64,000 nt of DNA. Source: an uncultured Gemmatimonadaceae bacterium (GTDB taxonomy: Bacteria; Gemmatimonadota; Gemmatimonadetes; Gemmatimonadales; Gemmatimonadaceae). The position numbers and the translations under genes were made by a program. Of this stretch, positions 9,356-18,931 are shown piece after piece (the stretch's first letter is position 1; each line of letters starts with the position of its first letter). The notes under the pieces were generated by a model. The model had not been told where the DNA came from. It saw only the letters and a list, made by a program, of their open reading frames with translations, and searched no databases. The stretch covers positions 160,001 to 224,000 of the forward strand of contig CAWAGQ010000013.1 in assembly GCA_963781585.1 (NCBI GenBank), given 5' to 3'.

Positions 9356-10765
9356 GTGTCGCGCCAGGGCGCGGACCCGGCGACGCCCGGGCTTCCGACC
9401 ACGACGCCGCCGCGGGCGGGCGAGCCGGTTGCGGCGGCGGCCGGGGCCAGCATTCCGGCGACGCGGCCCCTCGCGAAAACGGACGTCGCCGGCCGCGATC
9501 CCCTGTCGCAACCCGTGTCGTTGCGGCCCGGAGAGGATGAGGTCCGGCAGCGGGCGCTGGACCGGATGAAGCGATGGGCGACCGGGCTCCTGCTGCTGGC
9601 GACGGTGATCTTTCTTGTTGCCCGATGGCTCGAGCCGGCCCATCCCTGGTTAGGCATCATCCGGGCGACCGCCGAGGCGTCGATGGTGGGGGCACTCGCC
9701 GACTGGTTCGCGGTGACCGCGCTGTTCAAGCACCCGCTGGGGATCCGCATTCCGCACACCGCCATCATTCCGGCGCGGAAGGACCGGGTGGGGCAAACGT
9801 TAGGCGCGTTCGTGCAGCGCAATTTCCTCAATCGCGACGTGATCGCGGCCAAGGTGCGGTCCATTCACGCCGCCGAGCGGCTGGCGCGGTGGATGCTGGA
9901 GCCGGAGAACGGGCGGCGGATCGCCCGCCAGCTGGCGCGCGGGCTGGCGACCGGCGCCGAGGTCGTGCGTGACGAGGACGTGCAGCAGCTGTTGCACCGC
10001 ACCGTCACCGACCGCGTGCGCGCGGTGAAAGTCGCGCCGCTCCTTGGGAAGCTGCTGGGCGTGCTGACCGAGGGGAACCGGCACCAGGCGCTGCTGGACG
10101 AAGGGATCCGGATCGCGGCGCGGGCGGTGTCGGGGAATCGCGATCTCATCCGGGAGAGGGTGGAGAGCGAGAGCCCGTGGTGGATCCCCGGTGTGGTGGA
10201 CGAGAAAATAGCCGAGAAGATCTCCGGTGGTCTGGAGCGGACGCTGGCCGATATTCATGCCGATCCCGCGCATCCGCTGCGGCTGCGGTTCGACCACGCG
10301 CTGGAGGAGTTCGTCCAGCGGTTGCAGACGTCTCCCGAGGTGATCGCGCGCGCGGAGGCGATCAAGGAGGAAGTGCTGAGCGCCGAGGTCGTGCGGGCGT
10401 TCACCGGGTCGCTGTGGGGCGATGCGAAGCGCGCGGTGGCGAGGTACGCGGACACCGAGGAAGGTTTCAATCCGGCCGCCGTGCAGCGGGCGCTGAGCGG
10501 ATTCGGCGAGGCGATTCTGTCCGATCCGGCACTGATGGAGAAGATCGACGGATGGCTGACGGAGGCGGCGGTGGCGCTGGTGGACCGGTATCAGGACGAG
10601 GTGGGGGAGCTGATCGCGGGCACGGTGCGGCGCTGGGACCCGGTGGCGACGTCGCGTCGCATCGAACTGGCGATCGGGCGCGATCTGCAGTTCATCCGGA
10701 TCAACGGGACGCTGGTAGGCGGGCTGGCGGGGATGATGCTGTACCTGCTGCAGCGGATGATGTAG
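9356..10765 (+). CDS. DUF445-family membrane protein
   Basis: AEASMVGALADWFAVTALFKHP, HTAIIP, GRDLQFIRINGTLVGG. Start codon uncertain. Confidence 0.88.
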   Translation: MSRQGADPATPGLPTTTPPRAGEPVAAAAGASIPATRPLAKTDVAGRDPLSQPVSLRPGEDEVRQRALDRMKRWATGLLLLATVIFLVARWLEPAHPWLGIIRATAEASMVGALADWFAVTALFKHPLGIRIPHTAIIPARKDRVGQTLGAFVQRNFLNRDVIAAKVRSIHAAERLARWMLEPENGRRIARQLARGLATGAEVVRDEDVQQLLHRTVTDRVRAVKVAPLLGKLLGVLTEGNRHQALLDEGIRIAARAVSGNRDLIRERVESESPWWIPGVVDEKIAEKISGGLERTLADIHADPAHPLRLRFDHALEEFVQRLQTSPEVIARAEAIKEEVLSAEVVRAFTGSLWGDAKRAVARYADTEEGFNPAAVQRALSGFGEAILSDPALMEKIDGWLTEAAVALVDRYQDEVGELIAGTVRRWDPVATSRRIELAIGRDLQFIRINGTLVGGLAGMMLYLLQRMM

Positions 10766-10800
10766 GTGACCATCCTGAGCGATTGCTGATCATTGTTTGA

Positions 10801-10842
10801 TAGGCCCCGCGCCCGGGTGCCGGGCAGCAGGTGCGGGGCCTA
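10801..10842. terminator. Inverted repeat, probable terminator of the trmH-DUF445 operon
   Basis: TAGGCCCCGC...GCGGGGCCTA, a 10-bp perfect stem about 35 nt after the stop. No clear U-tract. Confidence 0.5.
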
Positions 10843-11109
10843 GCCGCACCATCGTGGTGTGCATCGATCTCTGGTCCCGATTCCACGCGTTTTGCGAGCA
10901 GTTCTCATCAGAAAGTGACGCTGCCGTGCGGCCGGCGTTTTCTCACCTTGAGGCCACGGATTTCCAATTCTGAGTCTGGCCGAGTGTGCCTGAAGAGCCT
11001 ACCCGTTTACGAGAGACTGGGTCAGCTCCGTTGAGGCCAGGGAACCGTGGCGGCCGACAGCGGGCTCAAGCAAGAAAAGCCAGGGGCATTGAGGTCGGAG
11101 GTCTACACC

Positions 11110-12153
11110 ATGACAAGGGCTAGCTTTGGACAAGGCTACCGCGCGCTGCTTGTGACTGCTGGGGTCGTCGCTCTTGCCTGCTATGACTCCAGTGGTGGTC
11201 CTCCGCCAGTGGGGCCTCCACGCGCGAATCAGGTACTCGCGCGCGATAAGCAGACCTACTCGCCTACCGCCCTTCACGACAGGAACCCGATGGACTGGGT
11301 AGGCCGACTTCATAACGCCATAAGTCGGAGGGTGGTGCAGGAAATAAGCAAACCGGGAACAACTCCGTCACACGTGTGCTCTCGGCTCGCCGCGTGGTTC
11401 GACGATTCAACAGACTTGGCCAAGGTCTCATCGAGACTTTCGTCGATCGGGTCTGCTCCGCTGAAAGCAGCTTGGGCGCGGACGGCATGGTGCCAGGTTG
11501 GGCTCAGCATATCGCGTCACGTGAGCTACTACCGACCTACCTCAATCAGCTCCTCGGTGGCGCTCGATACACTGAGCACGGCTCTCGATTCCGCATTCTC
11601 TCTAGTCGATGCAGCATTGGGTGAGGCTACTGACCCGAATGATCTAGCCTCACGACTGAGCCCTATTCTGGACGGCGCTTCGAGCTTGGGAGAGGACTCA
11701 ACCGCCCTCCAAGGGCAGGTCGCGATCGCCCAGAGCTCCTACGAAGAGTGGTATGCAGGCACGGAGATTGAGGTCTTCGTGGCCCCCATACAGGCGGACA
11801 TGGAACCATGCCTGGAGGGACAACTGGAGCACCAGAACTACGAGCTGGATGGCGTGACGTACACTTGCCTCAATGGGGAGTGGCTAGCAGCGCGGTTCCG
11901 AAATCCGCCGATGCGGCCAGGTCGGATGAAGTTCGTGTCGTATGGCGCTTCGGCGTTCTGCGGCATCAATTGGGAGTCGGTTGCGTGGGCTGACGCTGGT
12001 GCCGGGGTGACGGGGATTACGGTAATGTGGTACACAGGGCAGTTGGGGAATCCCGCCGCGTGGACAGCCTTAGGAGTAACAGTCGCTGGCGTCTCTTCCG
12101 TATCGTCTGTCATCGAAGGTTATAACTTTCTCAAGTGCCTGTTTGCACTCTAG
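11110..12153 (+). CDS. Hypothetical lipoprotein with C-terminal hydrophobic Gly/Ala-rich segment
   Basis: Lipobox VALAC, NPMDWVGRLHN, IAQSSYEEWY; lower GC than flanks. Confidence 0.75.
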   Translation: MTRASFGQGYRALLVTAGVVALACYDSSGGPPPVGPPRANQVLARDKQTYSPTALHDRNPMDWVGRLHNAISRRVVQEISKPGTTPSHVCSRLAAWFDDSTDLAKVSSRLSSIGSAPLKAAWARTAWCQVGLSISRHVSYYRPTSISSSVALDTLSTALDSAFSLVDAALGEATDPNDLASRLSPILDGASSLGEDSTALQGQVAIAQSSYEEWYAGTEIEVFVAPIQADMEPCLEGQLEHQNYELDGVTYTCLNGEWLAARFRNPPMRPGRMKFVSYGASAFCGINWESVAWADAGAGVTGITVMWYTGQLGNPAAWTALGVTVAGVSSVSSVIEGYNFLKCLFAL

Positions 12154-12350
12154 CGTCCCCATTCGGGATGGTGCATACCCCTCACCTACAGTCCGTTACC
12201 TGTCATCACCGATCTGAAATTGCTCAGAATCACCGATCGAAATTGCACACTTCCTCCTTCCTGATCCGGGGGGTGCACCGCACGTGATCGGTTGATGCGC
12301 GCTCCCGGATTCCTTCCAAGTTGCGTCTCCCCGTGCTGGTGGAGGCGCCC

Positions 12351-13391
12351 GTGTACGGATGGGAGCGACTTGTGCTACTCAAACACCTGCTGGAGCAAGG
12401 GCTGAAGAAGACCGCCATCGCCGCGCGGCTCGGCGTGAGCCGGCGCGTGATTCACCACTGGCTGCAAACCGGGCAGCTGGACCGCGACGTGGACGCACCG
12501 ATTCCCCCGCGCGTGCGACACACGGGACCGCCGAAGCTCGCGCCCTATCAGGCGATCATCACCGCGCGCCTCGACACGTACCCCGAGCTCAGTGCGGTGC
12601 GGTTGTTCGAGGAGATCCGCGCCGCGGGCTATCCCGGCGGGATCAGTCAGCTGCGCGAGTTCGTGCAGCACGTGCGCCCGCAGCCGCCCCCGGAGGCGAT
12701 CGTGCGCTTCGAGACGCCGCCCGGGCTGCAGGCACAGCTCGACTTCGCGACGTATCGCTTCCCCTGGGGGACGCGCTATGGCTTGCAGATTGTGCTCGGC
12801 TACTCGCGGTTGTTGTGGGTGCAGTTCTATCCGCGCCAGACGATGCGGGTGGTGATGCAGGGACTCGAAGCGGCGTTTGCGTATTTCGGGGGCGTCCCAC
12901 GCGAGATCCTGTTCGATCAGATGAAGGCCGTCATCATCGACGATGGACGGCCGGACGGCGGCAAGCTCCTGGAGAATCCGGAGTTTCTCCGCTTCGCAGC
13001 GCACTGGGGCTTTCGCATTCGGGCCTGTCGGCCCTATCGCGCCCAGACGAAGGGCAAGGTCGAGCGACCGGTGAGTTACATCCGGACGAATCTGATCTAC
13101 GGGCGCGACTTTCTGGGCGATGGCGATCTCAATGCACAGACGCTGACCTGGCTCGAGGTGACGGCGAATGGGCGGATCCACGGCACGACGCACGAGGCGC
13201 CACGGGAACGGTTTGAGCGCGATGAGCGCGCCGTGTTGCTGCCGCTCGCCCTGCGGCCGTATCACGCCCTCGCGCTCCCACCTGAGCGGCGACCGACGTG
13301 CGACCCGGTCCGGCGGACGGGCCGGCCGCTGGTGGTGGTCGAACGGCGCCCCCTCGCGGCGTATGGGCACCTCCTGGAGGGCGAGCGATGA
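12351..13391 (+). CDS. istA: IS21 transposase IstA
   Basis: N-terminal HTH, RFETPPGLQAQLDF, FGGVPREILFDQMK, PYRAQTKGKVER, NGRIHGTT; GGAGG precedes the GTG at 12351. Confidence 0.93.
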   Translation: MYGWERLVLLKHLLEQGLKKTAIAARLGVSRRVIHHWLQTGQLDRDVDAPIPPRVRHTGPPKLAPYQAIITARLDTYPELSAVRLFEEIRAAGYPGGISQLREFVQHVRPQPPPEAIVRFETPPGLQAQLDFATYRFPWGTRYGLQIVLGYSRLLWVQFYPRQTMRVVMQGLEAAFAYFGGVPREILFDQMKAVIIDDGRPDGGKLLENPEFLRFAAHWGFRIRACRPYRAQTKGKVERPVSYIRTNLIYGRDFLGDGDLNAQTLTWLEVTANGRIHGTTHEAPRERFERDERAVLLPLALRPYHALALPPERRPTCDPVRRTGRPLVVVERRPLAAYGHLLEGER

Positions 13392-14223
13392 AAGCCGCCA
13401 CCCTCTCCCTGCGGGATCGGATCCGCACGCAGCTCGCCGATCTCCGCATGCCGGGCGCGCTTGAAGCCCTCGATGACGTCCTGCAGGAGGTCGACGGCGG
13501 CAAGCTCCCCGGCCCGGTCGCCATCGAGCGGCTGTTAGGCGCACAAATCACGCTCCGCAACAATCGCCGCCTGACCGCGGCGATGCGGTCCTCGCGCCTC
13601 CCGGCGGTGAAGCTGCTCGCCGACTTCGATTTCAGCTTCCAGCCGTCGCTCAAGCGCGAGCAGATCGACAGCCTGCACACGTTAGGCTTCGTCGAGCGGC
13701 GAGAAAACGTGATCCTGCTCGGGCCGCCCGGCGTCGGCAAGAGTCACCTGGCGATCAGCCTCGCGATCGCGGCGGCGCAGAGCGGGCGCCGGGTCTACTA
13801 CGGCACCTTGGCCGATCTCATCACCTCGCTCGAGGAGGCCCAGGCCGCCGGCCGGCTCTCGCAGCGGCTCAAGACGCTCATCTTCCGAGTGTGCTGGTGG
13901 TCGACGAGATCGGCTACCTCCCGATCAGTCGGACCGGGGCGATGCTCTTCTTCCAGCTCATGTCCCGCCGCTACGAACGCGGCAGCAGTGTGCTCACGTC
14001 GAACAAGAGCTTCGAGGAGTGGGGCGAGATCTTCGGCGACGAGGTGATGGCGACCGCGCTCATCGACCGGCTCGTGCACCACTGTCACATCGTCAACATC
14101 CGCGGCAACAGCTACCGGATGAAGAACCACGCCGACCTCTACGCCGCGCTCCGGGCCACGACCCGCGGCGACGCCTCACCCACCCTCAAACGGCCCAGCC
14201 GGCGGGAGGTGGTGGCGCGCTGA
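13388..14223 (+). CDS. istB: IS21 helper ATPase IstB, with a frameshift near 13885
   Basis: GPPGVGKSHLA in one frame; LVVDEIGYLP...TSNK...DRLVHH...GNSYR in the next. Adding one C at TTCCGA restores IFPSVLVVDE. Confidence 0.9.
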
Positions 14224-14901
14224 CGGCTCGCCCCCAACGTGAGCAATTTCGATCGGTGAAAGTGAGCAATTTCAATCGGTGTTGACACGTTACCACTGAA
14301 ATTCGACACAAAACGACAAGAGAATGAGAGGTCTCAGAGCAACAACGACTACTCCAACTTCCCGGTAGCGGCTACGCCGGCATGTGGACGGGCGTAGGCG
14401 CCGCCACACCGCGAGTGATTAGAACATGGTGGTATTTGGAATTGGGCCGCGCCAGCGCTCAGGTTCTGCGCGCTGGCCTAGCCGACCTGTCTCAGCACGC
14501 CATGTACCGTTGCACGGAGCCACGTTCATGCCGCTCCGAGACATTGCGCCCCAGACCGCTATGCTGCATCCGCTCGCGGGAGCATGACTTCCGGCGGACA
14601 TTGCGAACGATCAGCTTCATCGAGGTCGAAGAGGGTGTGAAGCACCGGCAAGCAGCGTGGCACGCACCGTTCCAACGACCCCCATCGGGCTCCGCACGTC
14701 TCTCGCAAACCCAGCCCAAAGCGGATCCGTGCTACCTGAATCCGACGGAACCAAGTTGAGTTGCTGAATTGCTGATCCCAATCCGCAAACGCCGCCTAAC
14801 AGTCCTCAACATGGGAGCATGTCCTTCTACAAAAAACGCGGCCTTGACCATCGGAGAAGGCTACCTCCGGCTTGCTTTGGCCATGAGGTCTTCGTAGCGT
14901 A

Positions 14902-15513
14902 GTGACTCATCTCAGGGGTCAGGATTTCCCATTGGCCACGGGTCGCGCCGTGTCATCGAAGGGATCCAATGAGCTGAGGTTTACGTTCCCCTTCTCCCTT
15001 CGGGAGCAGGCCCGAGCCATGAAGGCGTCGCTACAACGCGGCCGACTGGGGCGCGGGTGGAAAACGGTGGGCGTCGTCGTTGGAGCGGTGGCGGTCGCTG
15101 ATCTCGCTTTAGGACTCAAGAGTCAAGACTTCGGTCCAGCAATGAGCCATGCGCTCCCACTCTTCGCACTGTCCGTCTTCTGGAGCCAATTCTTCAGGCT
15201 GCTCCCGAAACGCTTTTATGAAAGTATGATACAACGTGCGACGTCCGCGCAGTTGGAGCATCAGGTTCGCATTTTCTCCGCTGACGGGTTCTTCTGCAGC
15301 AGTCCAGCCGGCGCCCAGTTTTACCCTTGGGATGCCGTCCAGGAAGTTGTGGAGACCGATGAATTTCTGCTTCTATACACCGCTTTGGGTCCCTCACAAT
15401 TTGTGCCGAAGCACGCGATTCCGGTTGATCATGAGGTGGCCCTTCGTGAGTTGCTGGCCCGGCGATTTGCTGCGCGGCCGACCGCACTTCGGCTACAGGA
15501 GTGGACCGGCTAG
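14902..15513 (+). CDS. YcxB-like membrane protein
   Basis: Two TM segments followed by FSADG...YPWDAVQEVVETDEFLLLY...FVPK. Start uncertain. Confidence 0.7.
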   Translation: MTHLRGQDFPLATGRAVSSKGSNELRFTFPFSLREQARAMKASLQRGRLGRGWKTVGVVVGAVAVADLALGLKSQDFGPAMSHALPLFALSVFWSQFFRLLPKRFYESMIQRATSAQLEHQVRIFSADGFFCSSPAGAQFYPWDAVQEVVETDEFLLLYTALGPSQFVPKHAIPVDHEVALRELLARRFAARPTALRLQEWTG

Positions 15514-15544
15514 TACATACTTCCGTAGAACGGGACAGACGTAG

Positions 15545-16063
15545 GTGGGAAAACGAACCGTGAATCCTATAATGCGTACCATGTCGCACGTGGCGGTGGC
15601 GGTGGTCTTCGTCGCGTCGCGGGGATTGTCTCAAGGGGTCCCACTCGTCACGCTCTCTCGACCCGAAGCCGTCTTCGCCACTGCGCTTCGCGATGTATCA
15701 GCCGTGCGGGAACTGGGCGACGGGAGCCTGCTGGTTTTGGATCGCGTCGAGGGCACTGTATTGATTCTCGATTCGGGCTATCGCAGGCTCGGCAGGTGGG
15801 AAGGAAAGCTGCTGGTCCACGCGAGTATTCCCTTCGTCGCGCCTGTTCGCGCTGGCAGGCGACAGCTCGGCGGTACTCGATCGTGGCCCAGGTAGGTTGC
15901 TGATTATTACACCCGACGGAAAACCCGGGGGATTTGTCCGGGGCCGCGGTGACGCGACGTGCTCAGGTGGAGTTGGAGCTCGGCCCCAACTCTTCCAAGC
16001 TGTGGATGAGGTCGGTCATTATTACGTGCGGGCAGAACCGGTTGACGTGGCGCCAGGTGGCGA
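15545..16063 (+). pseudogene. Frameshifted, 3'-truncated exported beta-propeller (6-bladed/NHL-like) protein
   Basis: VSAVRELGDGSLLVLD, then QVGRKAAGPREY and RLFALAGDSSAVLD...LLIITPDGK in shifted frames; runs into the 3' end of lon. Confidence 0.6.
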
Positions 16064-18519
16064 CTACGTCCCCGCCTCAGCCTCCACCACCCCTTCCGTG
16101 TACCGCGGTGGATGCTCCACCGGCAACTCGCCGGCCTGGAATGCGACTTCGGGCGGGACCTTGGGGAGCAGCGCCAGTCGCAACACTTCGTCCATCGTGG
16201 CCACGAAGGTGAACGCCATGTGCTGCCTGACCTCGTCAGGCACCTCGCGCAGGTCCTTCTGGTTGCCCGACGGCAGGATCACCTCGCGCAGTCCGGCACG
16301 GTAGGCGGCCAGGGTCTTCTCCTTCACACCGCCGATCTCCAGCACCTTGCCGCGCAGCGTGACCTCGCCCGTCAGGGCCACATCGCGCCGGATCGCGCGC
16401 CGGCTCAACACGCTGGCGATGGCCAGCGTGACCGCCACGCCGGCGCTGGGTCCGTCCTTGGGTACCGACCCGGCGGGGAAATGGATGTGAAGGTCCGTTT
16501 CCTTGAAGTCGCGCTCCGGGACGCCCAGCACTTCGGCGCGCGACCGCACGTACGACAGCGCCGCGTCGACCGACTCGCGCATCACGTCGCCGAGCTGCCC
16601 GGTCACCGTCAGCTTTCCTGCGCCCGGCATGCGCAATGCCTCGATGGTCATGATGTCGCCACCGGTGGTGGTCCAGGCCAGCCCCGTGACGGTGCCGATC
16701 TCGGGCTCCTTCTCCGCCTCCTCCGCCGCATAACGAGGCGCGCCCAGGATTTCCTCGACCTTCTCGTTGTCGATCACCCACGCTCCTTCCTCGCCGTCGG
16801 CCTTCTTTCGGGCACGCTTGCGCATCACGGCCGACAGGTTCCGCTCGAACCCTCGCAACCCGGCCTCGCGCGAGTAGCGGCTGGAGACGAACCCCAGCAC
16901 CTCGTCGGTGAACTGGATGTCCTTGTCGGAAATCCCGTGCTCCTCGAGCATCCGCGGCAGGAGATAGCGCCAGGCGATCTCCACCTTCTCTTCCACGGTG
17001 TAGCCGGCGATGCGGATCACTTCCATCCGGTCGCGCAGCGGCGGCGGGATGTCGAACAGGTTGTTGGCGGTGCAGATGAACAGCACCGCCGACAGGTCGA
17101 AAGCGAGATTCAGGTAATGGTCGACGAAGTCGTGGTTCTGTGACGGGTCGAGCACCTCGAGCATCGCTGCTGTCGGATCGCCCGACGCGCCACCGCCGGC
17201 CATCTTGTCGATCTCGTCGATCATCATCACCGGATCCTTGACCGCCACCCGGCGCAGCGCCTGGATGATGAGTCCCGGCATCGCGCCCACGTAGGTGCGC
17301 CGGTGGCCCCGGATCTCGGCCTCGTCGCGCACGCCGCCCACCGCGATCCGGTAGAACGCGCGGCCGATGCTGGTGGCGATCGCCGAGCCTAACGAGGTCT
17401 TGCCGGTCCCCGGGGGACCGACGAAGCAGAGGATGGGGCCGTGCGGGTCGCCCCCGCGCAGCTTGCGGACGGCCAGGAACTCGAGGATCCGTTCCTTGGC
17501 CTCGGTCAGTCCGTAGTGCCGGGTGTCGAGCGCCTCCTCCACCTTCTTGAGCTCGATCTCCTCGTCGCCGGTGCGCCGGTTCCAGGGAGCGAGAGGATCC
17601 AGTCGAGATAGGTGCGGATCACCTGGTACTCGCTCGACGCCGGCGAGAGCATCCGCAGCCGCTCCGTCTCGCGACGCGCTTCCTGTCCCGCGCGCTCGGG
17701 GAGACCCGCCTCGTCCACCCTCTTGAGGAGATCGAGCGCTTCCTTCTCGCCCGGATCGGTCTCGCCCAGCTCCGACTGGATCGCGCGCAGCTGCTGGCGC
17801 AGGTAAAACTCGCGCTGGTGCTGCTCGATCTTGACCTCGGTCTGCTTCTTGACGTCCTCCATCACGCGCGCCCGCGCGACTTCGCGCTCGAGGCGGGTGA
17901 GGATGAAGCGGAGCCGCTGGCCCACGTCGAGGCGCTGGAGCACCTCGTCCTTGTCCGAGATCCGGAAGTTCATGTTGGTCGCCGCCAGGTCGGCGAACCG
18001 GCCGGGGTCGGACACGTTCATCTTCAGGATCTGCGGCACCTCATCAGGGATGCGGTCGACGAGGTCGGCGAGGGTCTCGGCGGCGCTCACGATGCGCGTG
18101 ACCAGGTCATCCAGTTCCGACGGCTCGGCCAGCGTCTCGCGGGCCGGCTTGACCGTCGCGATGGAGTACGGTTCGACCTGGGTGATCGATTCGATCGTGA
18201 TGCGGCGGAGTCCCTGCAGCGTGATCTGGACCGTGTCGCCCGGGAGGTTGATGCGCTCGTGGACGCGCGCCGCCACCCCCACCCTGCCGATGAACGTGGT
18301 GTGGTCGAGCGGTTCGTCCAGGTCGCCGGCGGCGACCACCAGCGCGACGATGAGTCCCGGTTCCTCGTTGTCGCGGAGCAGGGCGAGGTTATCCGGAGCG
18401 CCCATCTGCACGGCGATGGTGCCGAGCGGATAGACGATCGTCGAGCGCAGCGCCATCAGGGGCAGGGATGGCGGGAGCTCGGAGCCGAGGATCTCGTCTT
18501 TGCGTTGGGGACGGGGCAT
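16064..18519 (-). CDS. lon: ATP-dependent protease La, with a 1-nt frameshift near 17585
   Basis: LON N-domain, QREFYLRQQL, GPPGTGKT, HRRTYVGAMPG, PKDGPSAG, GGVKEK. One extra C restores LSLPWNRRTGDEEIELKKVEEALD. Confidence 0.93.
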
Positions 18520-18530
18520 TACATCATCAT

Positions 18531-18644
18531 CAGGTCATGGGTCATAGGCCGAATCAACGGCCATAGGCCATAGGTCAACAGGCCATAGGTCAAAGGCCAT
18601 TGGTCAAAGGCCATTGGTCAAAGGCCATTGGTCAAAGGCCATAG
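18531..18644. repeat. Heptamer array (GGYCAWW-type) directly upstream of lon
   Basis: GGTCAAA/GGCCATT/GGCCATA units, including (GGTCAAAGGCCATT)x3. Confidence 0.9.
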
Positions 18645-18931
18645 AGACCAGCGTTCCGAATCGCTGGCGCAGCGTAACACGCGCCAGGGTGCCATGGTAG
18701 CCGATCGTTGATCGCGAGGAAAGTAACGGTACGCCCCGGGAAAGGGTGCCAGCCTGGCTCCCGGACGCGTCCGGACCACGTCTGCCCCGGATGACGCGCC
18801 CACTGCAGGGGACGATGAGGATCGCTGCGGCAAGTCGCGTGAGAGCAAGGGCCTGGGCAGTTGTGACGCTGCGGGGCGAAGTGTAATCGCGGCTTGTGTT
18901 TACGACCACTGCCGATTAACCTCCGGCTCCC

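Larger units (their letters stand above)
12201..14287 (+). mobile_element. IS21-family insertion sequence, 2087 bp
   Basis: TGTCA...TGACA ends with about 50-bp imperfect IRs, each holding two CACCGAT(C/T)GAAATTGC-like repeats; 7-bp direct repeat CGTTACC at 12194-12200 and 14288-14294; carries istA-istB. Confidence 0.95.

Noticed and set aside
12194..12200. IS target CGTTACC resembling the CGTTAGGC motif
   Set aside because: Only 5 shared bases at a single site; other insertion sites would be needed.
14295..14900. ORF 14382..14759 and overlapping short ORFs right of the IS
   Set aside because: No recognisable motifs or coding-like composition; rejoining the IS flanks gives only very short ORFs.
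17506..17600. Programmed frameshift or naturally split lon
   Set aside because: No slippery heptamer; one missing base in a G/C run restores the conserved LPW motif, and similar breaks occur in other genes.
18650..18931. SRP (4.5S) RNA or heat-shock operators between lon and ffh
   Set aside because: I found no SRP core motif (CAGG...GGAAG...AGCAG), CIRCE or HAIR sequence on either strand.
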